Shown here: one piece after another, positions 29,823 to 48,442 of the stretch
Layout of the letters: each line of letters starts with the position of its first letter
How positions within the stretch are numbered: position 1 is the stretch's first letter
Origin: the human T2T-CHM13v2.0 reference genome, Homo sapiens
Assembly: GCF_009914755.1 (NCBI RefSeq)
Contig: NC_060926.1
Reading direction: 5' to 3' (one strand)
Length of the DNA: 64,000 bases
The notes under the pieces: generated by a model
Told to the model about the DNA's origin: nothing
What the model saw: only the letters and a program-made list of their open reading frames with translations
Databases searched by the model: none
Translations under genes and position numbers: made by a program

Positions 29823-32539
29823 CTATCTATTTAGGTCATTTTTTGAACAAAACTTAAACAAATTTTAAAATTAGTTATTAAACACCTAAAATCACAGTAC
29901 AATACCAAAAATAGAGGTATGAACTAATGGGAAAGAAAGTTTTAGCTTTTACTTTAGATAAAATCATATACACACATACATAAACTATATGCACAGTAAA
30001 TCTCCTGAATAATTGACAAAATCTTGGTAACTTTGAACATGGAATGATTTCAAAATCAGATGGAAATACAGTGTGTTTTAAGTGTTTTTTAAATCTCTCC
30101 TTAACCAAAACAAGGTAATGACAGAAGATGAAGCAGTTTATGCTGCAAAGCTCTTCTCATCTCTGTAAATAAGACAAGAGATCTAAAATATATCCAAAAT
30201 TTTTATAACTACCTTTAAGTTTTCTAGGTATAAGCTTACTATGAATTTAAAAGAAGACCAATGTCCAGGCTAAAACGATGCAGGGTTTTTTTTTTTAAGG
30301 ATCATTTAGGCCCAAATAATTTCTAATCTGTCTAAATAAAGTTGAAACACTTAATAGTGATAAGGCTCTTAATTCTTATCTGCTGTGCAACTGTCAAAAT
30401 GTTAGCTGTATTCTTTCCTAATTATTTAAAACAACTGCCACCAAAAATAAATAAAGTGTTAAACATCATTAATTTTAAGGAAGCCAGAATGGAAAGAAAA
30501 ATGATTACAAATTAGGTATGGTCAGAATAGTACATTATGTGTTTACAAAGAGCAAGCAATCTTTAAACCATTCACTATTTTAGTAATGGAGTCTAATATG
30601 CAAGTCGAATGCTCTCTAACATGAAATCTGAGGGCTTCTAGGCTGTACCTTTTTTTAAAATAAACACAATTTTTTACAGAGACTAGGAAAAAAAAAACAC
30701 CACAATTTTTAGAATATTTTTAGGTTTATAGAAAAATCGTGCATTAAGTAGAGTTCCCATATACTTTCTTCTCTAGGCTATTCTAGGTAAAAATATAAGC
30801 TGTACCTGATTTAAAAATATCAGATAAAAAATAATTCTTATGTGTGAAGGAAACCTGTTATCAATCTGAGTTGAATTTAAAAATGCTTTCTCTGCATTTA
30901 AACATCACTTTTAACAAATGATTTCTAATTATCAGTGGTTTACACATTTATTGCAAATATCTTAGTTACAGCAGCCACTAAATATATTATACACTATATA
31001 ACAACTAAGTATAATATAATCACATTTTTCAGACGTACACATTTTCATCACAATGGTGACTTTAAAAATAAAACTTACATTTCTATCCTATGTTATTAAT
31101 CTGAAAAAACCAGTCACAAATTGAATGATCAAGTATGTGATGTTTTACTAAAGGAAACTATACTAGAGGTTTCACCTCAAGTTTATATAAAACGAGGCTG
31201 TAATTGATAATAGACTAGAAATTCTACCACTGTGATCTGGGAGAAATCATGACTCTAACCATTAGTGATTCCACCATCTAGGTATAAAATAATGGAAAAA
31301 ATCAAGATACTGACTAAATAAGACAATGTCTTATTTTTGTAAGACCAATGATCAGCACATTGTAGATGGCTAATTGACTCGAGTTTGTCAAACGAGCTGA
31401 ATTAAGCTACAAACCACAGAAGATATACCCTTAAAATAATATTTATCCCTTACTTCCAAAAGGGATTTATCTAGTTGCTCTATCAGTTGTTACTAAACTA
31501 TCCCCTTCTTAATGTCCCGCAAGCACAAAGTGACATTATTTTTAAACTGTCCAGGACAACATGTCAAGTTTGGAGGAGTATCCAATAATATTAGTCAACA
31601 ACAAAAGCTGATTAATACAGAAATTTCAAAATTGTGAAGTCTATTTGCCAAAGTTTTTTACACAATGCAAATCTGATAAACTGTTAAAGAGCAAAAATAA
31701 AACTTCCGCTACAGGATATTTTTTAAATGTAAGAGAAGACCAACTCAAATTTCAGGCAGAAGACATGTTTATAAACTAGCACATTGTTCTGAATATTCTA
31801 GGCAAATTTTTCTCATATACATGTCTTTACTGCAGCCGAGTCTCCTTCTCATAAGTGTGCTTGGATTTAATTAAGTAGAAACATGAATCTATTATAAAAT
31901 AAATTGGGATAGAGGAAGGATTACATATTTAACCAAAGAAGTCTTCACTCTTCAGTTATATGGTCCAGAACTTATTTTTAAATTCACTCTAATACATTCT
32001 GGAAACAAGAGTTTCACAGCCTGGAGTAATGGGTATGTCGTCACAGAAAAGAAAGAACAGAACAAGTCCAGGGGTGACGGTGGGGCCCCACAAGAAGATC
32101 ACACCCACCAGGCTTGCACAAGCTGGAGCTCACTGCCTCCAAATGCTAAGGACCAAAATTGATATAACCACATAAGGGGAAATTATTGTATCATCTCATC
32201 CAAGTATCATACTGGCTCCTTTACATTTCCTAGTTAAATGTCTCAGGTTCCTTCCAGACTCCAGCTCCTACCACTAATACTCAAATTACCCATAAATGTT
32301 TTCTTGTAAAATCTACCATTTAAAGTTATTATCTCTCAGTTTTTTTAAAAAAATTAAGGTGGGTTTTTTTTTAACTCTTCAATAGAAAACGATCTTATAG
32401 TTGAATGTCCATTAAAAAAAAAAAAGATATAAGGGATCAGATTATCCTACTAAGCAGGCTTCCATGGGACCCTCCCCACTACTTTTAAGCATGTACCATT
32501 TTTTTAAAAAATAAACACAATTTTTTGATAAGCAGAGAC

Positions 32540-33484
32540 TGACTAGAAAAAAACCCACAATTTTTTAGTGTTTTTAGGTTTATAGAAAAATTGTACTGAA
32601 AGAACAGTTCCCACTTTCTTCTCCCTCCCATTTCCCCTAGTAACATTTTGCTGTAGTGTAGTATCTTTGTTACAAATGATGAACCAATGCTGATACATTA
32701 TCCATCAACCAAAGTCCATAATTTACATTAGAGTTCACTGTGTGTATACATGTTTTGACAAACATATGACATGTATCCACCTTTACAGTATCATACAAAA
32801 TAATTTCACCACCCTAAAAATGCCCCATGCTCTATCTACTCATTCCTTCCACCCTCCTTCCGAACCCCTGGCAACCACTGATTTTTACCTGTCTCTAGTT
32901 TTGCCTTTACCAGAATGTCATATAGTTGCATCATACAGCATGCTGCCCTTTCAGATTGGCTTCTTTCACCTAGCAATACACATTTAAGGTTCCTCCATGT
33001 CTTTTCACAGCATGACGGCGCACTTCTTTTCATTGTTGAATAATGTTCTTTTGTAGATATACATGATTTGTTTACCCATTTGCCTACTGAAGGACATCCA
33101 GGTTGCTTCCAATTTTTGACAATTATGAATAAAGCTGCTATAAGCATTTGTGTGAAGGTTTTGGTATGGACATGCATTTTGAACTCATTTGGGTAAATAC
33201 CTAATGGTAAATCTATGTTTAGCTTTCTAAGAAAACTATCAAACTATCTTCCAAAATAGCTATACCATTTTGCTTTCCTACTAGCAATAAATGAGAGTTC
33301 CTGTTGTCCTACATGCTTGCCAGTATTTGGGGTTTTCGACGTTTTGCTGGATTGTTGCCATTCCGATAGTGGTATCTCATTGTTGTTTTAATTTATATTT
33401 CTCTAATGACATAAGCTGTTGAACATCTTTTCGTATGCTTATTTGCCATCTATATGTCTTTTCTGGTGAAGTATTTTCTGCCCA
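32540..33484 (-). mobile_element. L1MC-type 3' end
   Basis: Antisense L1 3'UTR (gatgaaccaatgctgatacattatcc..aaagtccata). ORF 32836..33177 (TKTFTQMLIAALFIIVKNWKQP) is an ORF2 C-terminal remnant. Confidence 0.85.
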
Positions 33485-33785
33485 TTTTTATTTATTTTAT
33501 TTTGAGATGGAGTCTTGCTCTGTCACCCAGACTGGAGTACAATGGCGCGACCTCAGGTCACTGCAACCTCTGCCTCAGGATTCAAGCGATTCTCATGCCT
33601 CAGCCTCCTGAGTAGCTGGGATTACAGGCACACACCACCATGCCCGACTAATTTTTATATTTTTAGTACAGACGGAGTTTTACCATGTTGGCCAGGCTGG
33701 TCTCAAACTCCTGACCTCAAGCGATCCGCCCACCTTGGCCTCCCAAAGTGCTAGGATTACAGGCATGAGCCACCATGCCCAGGCC
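33485..33785 (-). mobile_element. AluS
   Basis: Reverse dimeric Alu. Confidence 0.9.
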
Positions 33786-34566
33786 ATACACGTTCTTAAA
33801 ACTCTTCTCTCCACTTTTTTTCTTCTACACTGATATTATGAATCAGTTTAGTGTCACTTTAGAGCTATCAAGAGTTTAAAGGTAGATACAGGTAGAAGAC
33901 AGAAGAGGCATTATTAATAGCTAATGTTTATCAGGTGTTTAATTTGTGCTGGGTATGAGAAAATTATAACTTACAAATGAAAAAACTGAAGCAACTTGCC
34001 CAAAGTCATCACAGTTAAGGCTAATGATAGGGCCAGGGTTAGCACTCAGACGGTCTCATTCTGAGACGGTCTCATTCTGAAACGAACTCAACGTGGCAAA
34101 AGGGCATTGAAGAAACTAATCTGGCTGCAATTGGGTGTTCACACTGGAAAGTGGTAAAAAATTAAACCTAGACAGTGAGAGTGAGACTAGACAGTGCAAA
34201 GTCTCCAATGGCAGATAAATAAGGGATTTGGATTTTATGACACACTTGTAAAGTACATAACTAGTTTTCATAGAGCCGCTCTCTCAACTTATTTTGTTGC
34301 ACTGTAATGTAGAAAATGGGGAACTCAAATTTATCTCCTACGTTTTCACCAGTCCCTAATTTAACTATTCCACTTGAATTTTCTTTAGCCTGTTGATACG
34401 CTGGATCACGTGGATTGATTTTCAAATGCTGAACCAGCCTTGCACAGTTGGAATAAATCCCACTAGATCACGGTAAATCATTCTTTTTATATACTGCTGG
34501 AGCCTCCCGAGTTTTAAATGTATCCAAAATGCAAAAAGATAATGCCTTTTAAAAATGTTTGGTAAT

Positions 34567-34867
34567 GAGCCGGACGCGGTGGCTCATGCCTGTAATCCCA
34601 GCACTTAGGGGAGGCCGAGGCGGGCAGATCACGAGGTCAGGAGATTGAGACCATCCTGGCTAACACGGCGAAACCCCGTCTCTAATAAGAATACAAAAAA
34701 TTAGCCAGGGGCCGTGGCGGGCGCCTATAGTCCCAGCTACTCAGGAAGCTGAGGCAGGAGAATGGCGTTAACCCAGGAGGCGGAGCTTGCAGTGAGCCGA
34801 GACAGCGTCACTGCACTCCAGGCCGGGCGACAGAGCCAGACTCCTCAAAAAAAAAAAAAAAAAAAAA
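34567..34867 (+). mobile_element. AluY
   Basis: gagaccatcctggctaacacgg and ggcggagcttgcag diagnostics; many CpGs retained. Confidence 0.9.
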
Positions 34868-35316
34868 GGTTGGTATTCCCTTCAAATTTCTCCACTGCAA
34901 CCAACTATTCCACTAATACCCTGTTCCCACAAACTCAAACTCAAAATCTTAGACTAATTATTTTATTGGGCAAAGTCTCTCAGCCTTTACATCCCATCTA
35001 GTGAGTGCTTAGATGTCTGAGGCTCTTGATGAACTCATGGATTTCTGCAACAAATCTTTAGTTTCTCAGGCTTCAGCCTCTCTTCATACAACTGCCAGAT
35101 CAACCATCCTCAAAACCATCTTTTTTCAAAAATCCTATCATTGTTCTTTACTTATCACATCAATTCTGTTCTTCCATTTATTAATTCAAAATATATTTAC
35201 TGAGTGCTTTCTATGTATAAGGCACTGGCTAGAATATTCTTATCTAGTAATAAATCTAATAAATTAGACCTTTAAAAATATTAATTATGGTAAATGTAAT
35301 TAAGAAAAGAAACAAG

Positions 35317-35952
<636 letters not shown>

Positions 35953-35969
35953 TCAATAAATGCCTCTGA

Positions 35970-36514
35970 GTTTTTGTTTGTTTGTTTTTTGAGATGGAGT
36001 CTCGCTCTGTCACCTCCGGAGTAGCTGGGACTACAGGCACCCGCCACCACGCCCAGCTAATTTTTTTGTTATTTTTTTCAGTAGAAACGGCGTTTCACCA
36101 TGTTAGCCAGGATGGTCTCGATCTCCTGACCTCGTGATCCGCCCGCCTGAGCCTCCCAAAGTGTTGGGATTACAGGCATGAGCCACCACGCCTGACCAAA
36201 TGCCTCTGAGTTTTTACAATATCTTTCCTTTATCTTTTTTTTGAGACAGGGTCTCATTCTGTTGTCCAGGCTGGAGTGCAGTGGTGCAATTATGGCTCAC
36301 TGCAGCTTTGAACTCCTGGCCTCAAGCAATCCTCCCACCTCAGCCTCAGCTCCCAAGTAGCTAGGACTACAGGTGCATGCCACCACAGCTGGCTAATTTC
36401 TTTTTTTCTAGAGACAGGAGTCTCACTATGTTGCCCAGGCTGGTCTTGAACTCCTGGCTTCAAGTGATCTTCCTGCCTCAGACTCTCAAAGTGCGGAGAT
36501 TACTGGGCCTGGCC
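35970..36514 (-). mobile_element. Two reverse Alus (internally deleted 35970-36197; AluJ-like 36232-36514)
   Basis: The first has TSD aaatgcctctgagttttt and a right-arm deletion. Confidence 0.88.
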
Positions 36515-37286
36515 TAAAAAATCTTTTATAAAACTAAGTCACAATGAACTTTCTCCCTCTAAGAACTGAATTCTCCAAAAACTTTTGACAAATTTAGCTG
36601 CCCCAGTTTTATGCTTTATGGTAAATCACAGAATTTTAGACTAAAAAAGCTACTAGCCACCCTTCTACACTTTATAACAACCTTCTGGCCTGAAATACCA
36701 ATCCACTCCTTTCCACCTATCGAGATTTCCCTTCCATCTCCCAGGATCCTCCAGTCAAATGGGATGTCTCCTGTGTCTCACCTATGGAGGAAGTAATGCA
36801 AAGTCAGTTAACCAGATTGGGACCGATAATGTGACATGGACACTCTTCAGAATCTATGAAGATCCCTTCCAGATACATTCTGAGATCTTCTATGTTTACT
36901 TACCTGTGAAAGTCTTTAAATCCCAAGTTTATATCATATATTGCCTTTTAAAAAATGTTTTTGTCCATAAGTAATCCCTTCACCATCTAAAACACAACAG
37001 TCTGGACCTCATTCTGCACCCAATGATAACTACCATGGCAGTTAACTGTAAACAGGAAAATGACAAGATCAAATGTGTAACATATGTAAAACACTTGTAA
37101 CATATGTTGCAACATATGTAAAACATTTCAGAAACGGGAATCACGGTATCTGGAGTTGAATCTCAACTTGAGGTCTTGAATAAATTATACTTCTAACCCT
37201 GTTTCCTAATTTGTAATAACCCACGGAAGTTGAAATGTTTGTATGATGTTATGTTTACAAACACACTTTGAAAATAATAAACATCA

Positions 37287-37689
<403 letters not shown>

Positions 37690-38096
37690 TCAAGAAACGG
37701 ATCTTTTCGTCAGTTCTTTACTACCTCGTTGAAGGCCTATTACTGCTAATTTGCAATACAAGTGTTGTTCCATCCCCACGTTCCTATAATCTACATAAAC
37801 TTTATCAAAATCTGTACTTAAAATCCTCCAACGGCTTCCAATCATCAACTAACCTACCTTCTAAGCAATCTTGGTAGCCTCAAGAAATCAACTTCCACCA
37901 CATCCCACACAGCTACACGGGATAAACGGCCTCCAAGTCTCTTCACGCTCTTCTCTATTTTTGGAACATTCTGAATATCCACTACCATGTGTCCTCTAAA
38001 ACTCAATGTCCCCCTGCCATAAAACAAATGGCACTGCTCCTCTCTCTGAAATACCACAATATTATATTCTTCTCTTATGGACAGCACGTCTAATAG

Positions 38097-38688
<592 letters not shown>

Positions 38689-39304
38689 GGACCCATCAGA
38701 TTCTTAATATTTGCAGAAGATTTTTCTAAAATGAGAGTTTTCTAAAAGTTTTCTTCCAACTTTAGAAATAAAAATCACACCATCCCATCAAAGAACAATA
38801 TGTAATTTTCACCTTTAGGCCAATCATTAGTCTAGATCTACTTCCAAACAGATTTAGCTCAAAGCTTATCTTTCCTCTGAAGTATACAAGTATTATGCTA
38901 AAAACCATCACACAAAGAATACACACACAAAGCAGCTCTGATCCAGAAATGCAAGGAAAATGTATGTGACAAAGCAAGAGTATTTATCACCTCAAAGAGA
39001 ACAGAGTAAGAGCTGGTTTTCCAGAAAGCATCTATTTGAAAAATAGATGTACTGAAATGGGAAAATGAAGAGCAAGACCACATATTACAAAGTAAAAGGA
39101 TATACTTCTTGGTGCTACAATTTTGAAAACAGATTACTAATGTCTAATAATTTCACTCACTAATACTCATTTGTCCTCAAATAGGACATTCCTGGAAATC
39201 AAGCTCAGGGTGAATTTGTGTAGACACACTGCACTGCATGGGTGGGTTAAGCATCCCTTCAATCTCCTCCAGTTTACCATATTCCTTCTTCAATGTCTTA
39301 AGAT

Positions 39305-40550
39305 TTTCATTGATTCACTCAACAAACATTTGACACCTACTATATGCCACAAAGTTAAACACCAGGGAAAGCAAAAGGAGTAAGACACAGTATCTGCCTT
39401 CAAGCAACTTACAGCCAGCTCCAGAGTGTTGGTGAGTGCACGTCATAGTGTTAATGGGTGCTTTAGTGATACACGGTCTAAGAGGAGGCACAAGAAAGGA
39501 GCCAGTCAAATGGGAGAGGCAGTCAAGTTAAGGTTCAACAGAGATGGGGGACACCTGACTAAGGGGGAAGGGGAGACACATTCCAAGAGTCAACATTACA
39601 CTCAAAGGCAAGGAAATATACAACATGGCCCATCAAAGCCTTACAGATCCACAGACAAGCACTAGACCTACAAAATCAGAATCTGCAGTTTAACGAGAGC
39701 CCCAGGCAATCATGCTCACTAGAGTTTGAGAAGCCCTGCTGTAGAGCACTTCAAAGTAGTAGTCTGGTACGGCTAGAACGCAGGATGCCATGGGAGGGAA
39801 CTCAGAAGAGTTGACGCTCCAGAGGCAACTCCAGCTCATAAAGCACCTGTGCTAAAGAGTCTGGATCTCCTTCTGGACCCAATGGGAGCCACCACAATGC
39901 TTAAGTGTAAGCAGGAAAATGACATGATCAAATTATCAGGGAGACTAGGGAATGATGAAGGGGTTGGAGGAAAAGGGATGCATTCCAAATGAAGCAGATC
40001 TAACAGGGCTTAATCATTTGTGCAATCAATAAATGGGGGGTGAAGGGAGTGAGAGATGAATGGGAAAACAAATATGTAGATATCCAGGATCTTTCTGGAA
40101 GGCAGGTAGAAACAGCAACATTCACGAAAATAGGGAACACAAGAGGAACAGATGTAAGAAGAAGGAGGGGTCCAATTTGAGCTGTGTTGGCTCTGAAGTA
40201 CCTATAGTTCAAGCAGGTGGATGTGTAGTAGATGGTCCATATCTGGGAGAAACATCATCAGATAGGTAAGTAATGCCCTGAAAAATGGAAAAGGTCACAA
40301 AAGAGAATGAAAATGTTGAGAAAACACAGAAGGACCACGAGTAAAACTACCAAGAACATCAGCATTTAATAGGTGAACAGAAGCAAGAGGAATGAAGCAA
40401 ATGAGACAAATCCTAAAGAGAAGAGAACCTAGAAAAATGGTGTCATCAATACCAAGAAAAGTGTCTCATGAAGGGGAAAATGGAAGACAGAGTAATATGC
40501 CAGGTCAAGGCCTAAAAAGTGGATTTGGTAATTAAAAGAGGTCCTTTCAA
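39305..40550 (-). mobile_element. L2 relic with an embedded MER5-type fragment (~39660-39745)
   Basis: cattgattcactcaacaaacatttgacacctact is an antisense L2 3' end; aaatcagaatctgcagtttaacgagagcccc is MER5-like. Confidence 0.6.
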
Positions 40551-42307
40551 AAAGTTAAATAAACATACATCTTACACATACATAAGTCATTAGAAGGACA
40601 GCTATCAATGAATGGCTCTCTGGTTGACATAATTAAGGGTGATTTTTAGTTTATTGTTCCCACCACCCAGGTTTTGCAACTGTCCCTCGAGGCACCTTAA
40701 GGAATAATTTTTGCAACTGTTCTTCAAGGCACTTTTGAAATAATTTTTCAAAAATACAATAAAAAAATCAATAAGATAATAATGGCCTTTGACAGCGGTG
40801 TGACTGCAGTGGATAGGAAAGTGAATGAAAAGTGATGAAATTAAAGGGACAGAGAAGTATGGACAGGGAAGAGACTGAGAAACTTCTAGAGTAAACAGAG
40901 TTCCAGGAAAGGTTCTGTGTTTCACGTGGGCAAGATCTGGGCATGCTTACAGGATGTCGGGTAGGAGACTATATACAGTGCTCAGAGTCCAGGAAAAAGA
41001 GGGAACAATCACTTCTTTATTGCCTGCTGTCACCTGAACACACAGTGGTGAACAAGACAAAGTCCTGCTCTCATGTAGCTTACCTTCTACTAAAGAAAAA
41101 AAAAAAACCAGAGAAATAAGTAATGATATCAGACAAGTGAGGTGTGCCACGAATAAATCTACAGTGGGACCGGCATGTTTTGGATTGAGTGTTGAGGTAA
41201 GGCTTCCCTGAAGAGACATTTGAGATCTGAATGATAAGAAAGCAACTTTACAAAGATAAGGGGGAAAGGCCTTTACAGATAATGAAACTGAGGAACAGAC
41301 AGGTTAGTAAGATGGCTGAGATTACGCAGTAAGTAAACAGAACCCAGGTCTGATGAACACCGAGACCACCCTTTCTGCTAAACTATGTTCTCTCTTTATT
41401 CAGTTCTCCTCAAATGCAACAGTGAAGATAAAAGAAAATGTGGACCTTCCCCTGGCCTCACAGAAATGCTGAGGATTAGAAAAATAAGAGTAATGGGCAC
41501 AACTTTCTCAAAAGAAACTCTGAAAGCCAAGAGATGTATATAGTTCTGTGCTCAGAGGCATGATTTCGGAAAGTTAACTGTTCAAGCCCAATAAGAAAAT
41601 ATAGGCAGACTCCAAATTACAAGTACGCTCCATTCCAAAGATTATAACTAAGTCGTTAAGAAATCATAAATTATTTCCTCCACGTAATTTTATGGCGAGA
41701 TTAGGTGTTCAGGCTGGTCCATGAAGGTCCGCATAACCGTAGATATTATGACTCCTGTAGTAACCAACAAAGCACTTACTAGGCATCAGGCCCTATACTA
41801 AGTGCTTAATACAGATAATTCTGCAATATTCCTAACACTACTACTACTCCCACCTTATAGCTAAGGAAGCTGAGGCCTGGAGATGTTAAGTAACTTCTCT
41901 AATGGCATAATGCAGATAAATTGAGGATAAAATGCAGATAAATCTGGAGTAGGCTGCAGTCTCTGCAGTCTGGGCCCAGCCTACTGCAGATCCCTGGCTC
42001 TCAGTCCTTACGCGAGCTCTCAAAGTACCTTAATTTACAAGCATCAGTCTTTCAAAATCATTTTTTCTCCAATGCTAAAAGCTCAGCACCTATCTCCCCT
42101 TCTCTGGTGGTCAGAATACTATTAATAACCAAATGAACACTTTCACCAACTTTTCTTTTCCCCTCCACTACAAAAGTCTATACCAAACCTATCTCTGATA
42201 AACCTCAAACCATGAGAGCATTTATTCGCCTATCTGACACCCACTTAGAGTTTAACTTGCCTTTGCATCCCCAGATTCCAACAGAGTGCCTTGCATGTGC
42301 TCATTCA

Positions 42308-42678
<371 letters not shown>

Positions 42679-42699
42679 TCATCCGTGGCTCACCCAAAC

Positions 42700-43960
<1,261 letters not shown>

Positions 43961-44107
43961 TTAGAAAATAAATGAATTCTACCAAAAATCCTATAGTTTT
44001 AAAGCTGGAATTGAACTGACTCTCTTCCCCAACCCTCCACCCCTACCGCGCCTCTCCCTTCAGTAAATGCACATATACATGTGAGAAGTAAAAGAACAAT
44101 GTAATTA

Positions 44108-44606
<499 letters not shown>

Positions 44607-44889
44607 TCATTTCCGAAGTGACTGTTTATCCCACTGGACTCCTTATCAGTTAATCCCGCGAACTCCTTATCAGTAGGGACTGTGATCTCTTATTGTAGGC
44701 CATACACCTACCCAGTGCCAGACACACAGTAGGTCTCATTAAATATGTGTTAAATTAATGTCTATTTTGAGATGACCTAGCTCACCTCTCCTTTGAGAGA
44801 TGAGGGAACGAAGACACCCGCTCCAAGCCCCCAAAAGAAACAAGGTGAATTGATTGACTCTGGGTTATATTACTGAGCACTGGGAATAC

Positions 44890-46970
44890 AAGTTATTCAC
44901 CTATTCAACACGTATTTATTGAATACATATCCAGTGCCATACACTATTTGAAATCCTAGGAATACAGCAGAGAACAAAACAAACCAACCCTAGATTCTAA
45001 TTAAGCTCTTTAAAGTTTAATTTGGGAAGACAAAAAGAACTGTGATGCAAAATACGCCAGGGTAAAGGGATTGAGGGTGTCATGGGGGGAGTTGCTTTTT
45101 TTTTTTTTTTCTCAAGACAGGGTCTTGCTCTGTCACCCAGGCTGGAGAGCAATGGCACGATCTTGGCTCACTGCAGCCTCGACGTCTGGGCTCAAGTGAT
45201 CCTCCCACCTCAGCCTCCTGAGTAGCCGGGATTACAGGCCCAAGCCCTGGCTAATTTTTGTATTTTTAGTAGATACGGGTTTTTGCCGTGTTGCCCAGGC
45301 TGGTCTCAAACTCATGGCCTCAAGCAATCTGCCTGCCTCGTCTCCCAAAGTGCTGGGATTACAGACATGAGCCACGACGCCCGGAGAGTTGATATTTTAA
45401 ATAGGAAAAACGTTGAACAGAAACCTGAAGGAAGGAAAGGAGGAAGCCAGGAGAATTTTCTGGAAGGAGAAAAAAAAAAAGAGTGGTTAAGGCTTAGAGA
45501 ACAGCAAACACCAAAACCCAGAGGCAATAATAGGTGTAGCCTATTCAGAGAACTTTAAGGAGGAGGACTGTGTGGATGAGAGAAAAGAGCAGGGGGTAGA
45601 GAGCAGGGGGTAGGAGTAGAGGAAGGAGCAGGGGGTGGAGAGGGGCCTGGAGGTCAGAGAGGTAGTTGGAGGCCATATCAAGCAGGGTGTTGTAGGTGGC
45701 CGTGAAGACTGACTTTTATTTAGACTGAAGACTTTTACTTAGAATGAGATGAGAAACCATTGGATAGTTTGGTGTGTTGCTTTTAAAGAGATGGAGTCTT
45801 GCTGTGTTGCCCAGGCTAGAGTGCAGTGTCTATTCACAGGTGCAATTATGACACACTACAGCCTTGAACTCCTGGGCTCAAGCAATCCTCCTACCCTGGC
45901 CTCCCAAGGAAGTGGGACTACAGGTGCATGCCACCACACCCTTTTGCTTTTTTTTTTTTTTTTTAAGTGCAGTGGCACAATCTAGGCTCACAGCAACCTC
46001 TGCCTCCCCGGGTCCACGCGATTCTCATGCCTTAGCCTCCCAAGTAGCTAAGATTACAGGCATGAACCACCACACCCAGTTAATTTTGTATTTTTAGTAG
46101 AGATGGGGTTTCACCATTTTGGCTAAGCTGGTCTCTAACTCCTGGCCTCAAGTGATTTACCCACCTCAGCCTCCCTAAGTGCCGGGATTATAGGCGTGAG
46201 CCACGGCACCCAGCCACCCATTTGCATTTTGAAAGGGTCACTCTATCTGCTGTTTGGAAAGGAGATTTTAGGGGAATGGGGATAAATAAAAATAGACCAA
46301 AGAGAAGGCTAATCCAGAATAGAGATGCTAGTGGCTTGGATTAGAGGGCAGCAGGTGAAATGATGAGAAAGGGTCAGGTTCTTACTCTATTTAAATAGTA
46401 GAACCAAGGGGATTTACTGGTGGATTGGCTGTGGATTGTAAGTCAAGAACGGCTCCAAAGGTTTTGGCCTAAACAACTAGAAAGATGGAGATGACTCTGA
46501 TTTAAAAGGAGAAAACAAAGAGAAGCAGATTTAAAAAGTGAAATCAAAAATGATCTTCTAGAATATTAAGCTTGTGCCTGCTAGACATCCAAGCGTCAAA
46601 TTTGAATAGGGGTTGGCTATATGACATACAAGTCAGTTCAGGGGAAAAGTCAGAGCTAAAGATACATTTGGGAATCTGCAGCTTGTACCTAATATTTGAA
46701 GCCACAGAAATAGATGAAAGCATCTAGGAAGAAAATGCAGATAGACAAGAGAGGGAGTCCAAGGACTGAGGCTTGTGTCATTTCAATCTTTAGAGGATGT
46801 ATAGATGAAAATCTAGCAAAGGAAACTGAGAAAGAAGAGCCAGAGAGGCAGGAGAACTGAGCCCAGTGAGGTCACAAATACCTGAATGAAAGAAGTCCTT
46901 CCAGGAAGGAATTATCAATCACATACAATGCTACTGTTAGTTCCAATACAATGAGCATGCAACATTGACC
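44890..46970 (-). mobile_element. L2 relic interrupted by reverse Alus (45096-45385, 45785-45945, 45948-46215)
   Basis: attcaacacgtatttattgaatac 3' end; tagacatccaagc and gagtccaaggactgagg L2 motifs. Confidence 0.7.
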
Positions 46971-46974
46971 ATAG

Positions 46975-48442
<1,468 letters not shown>

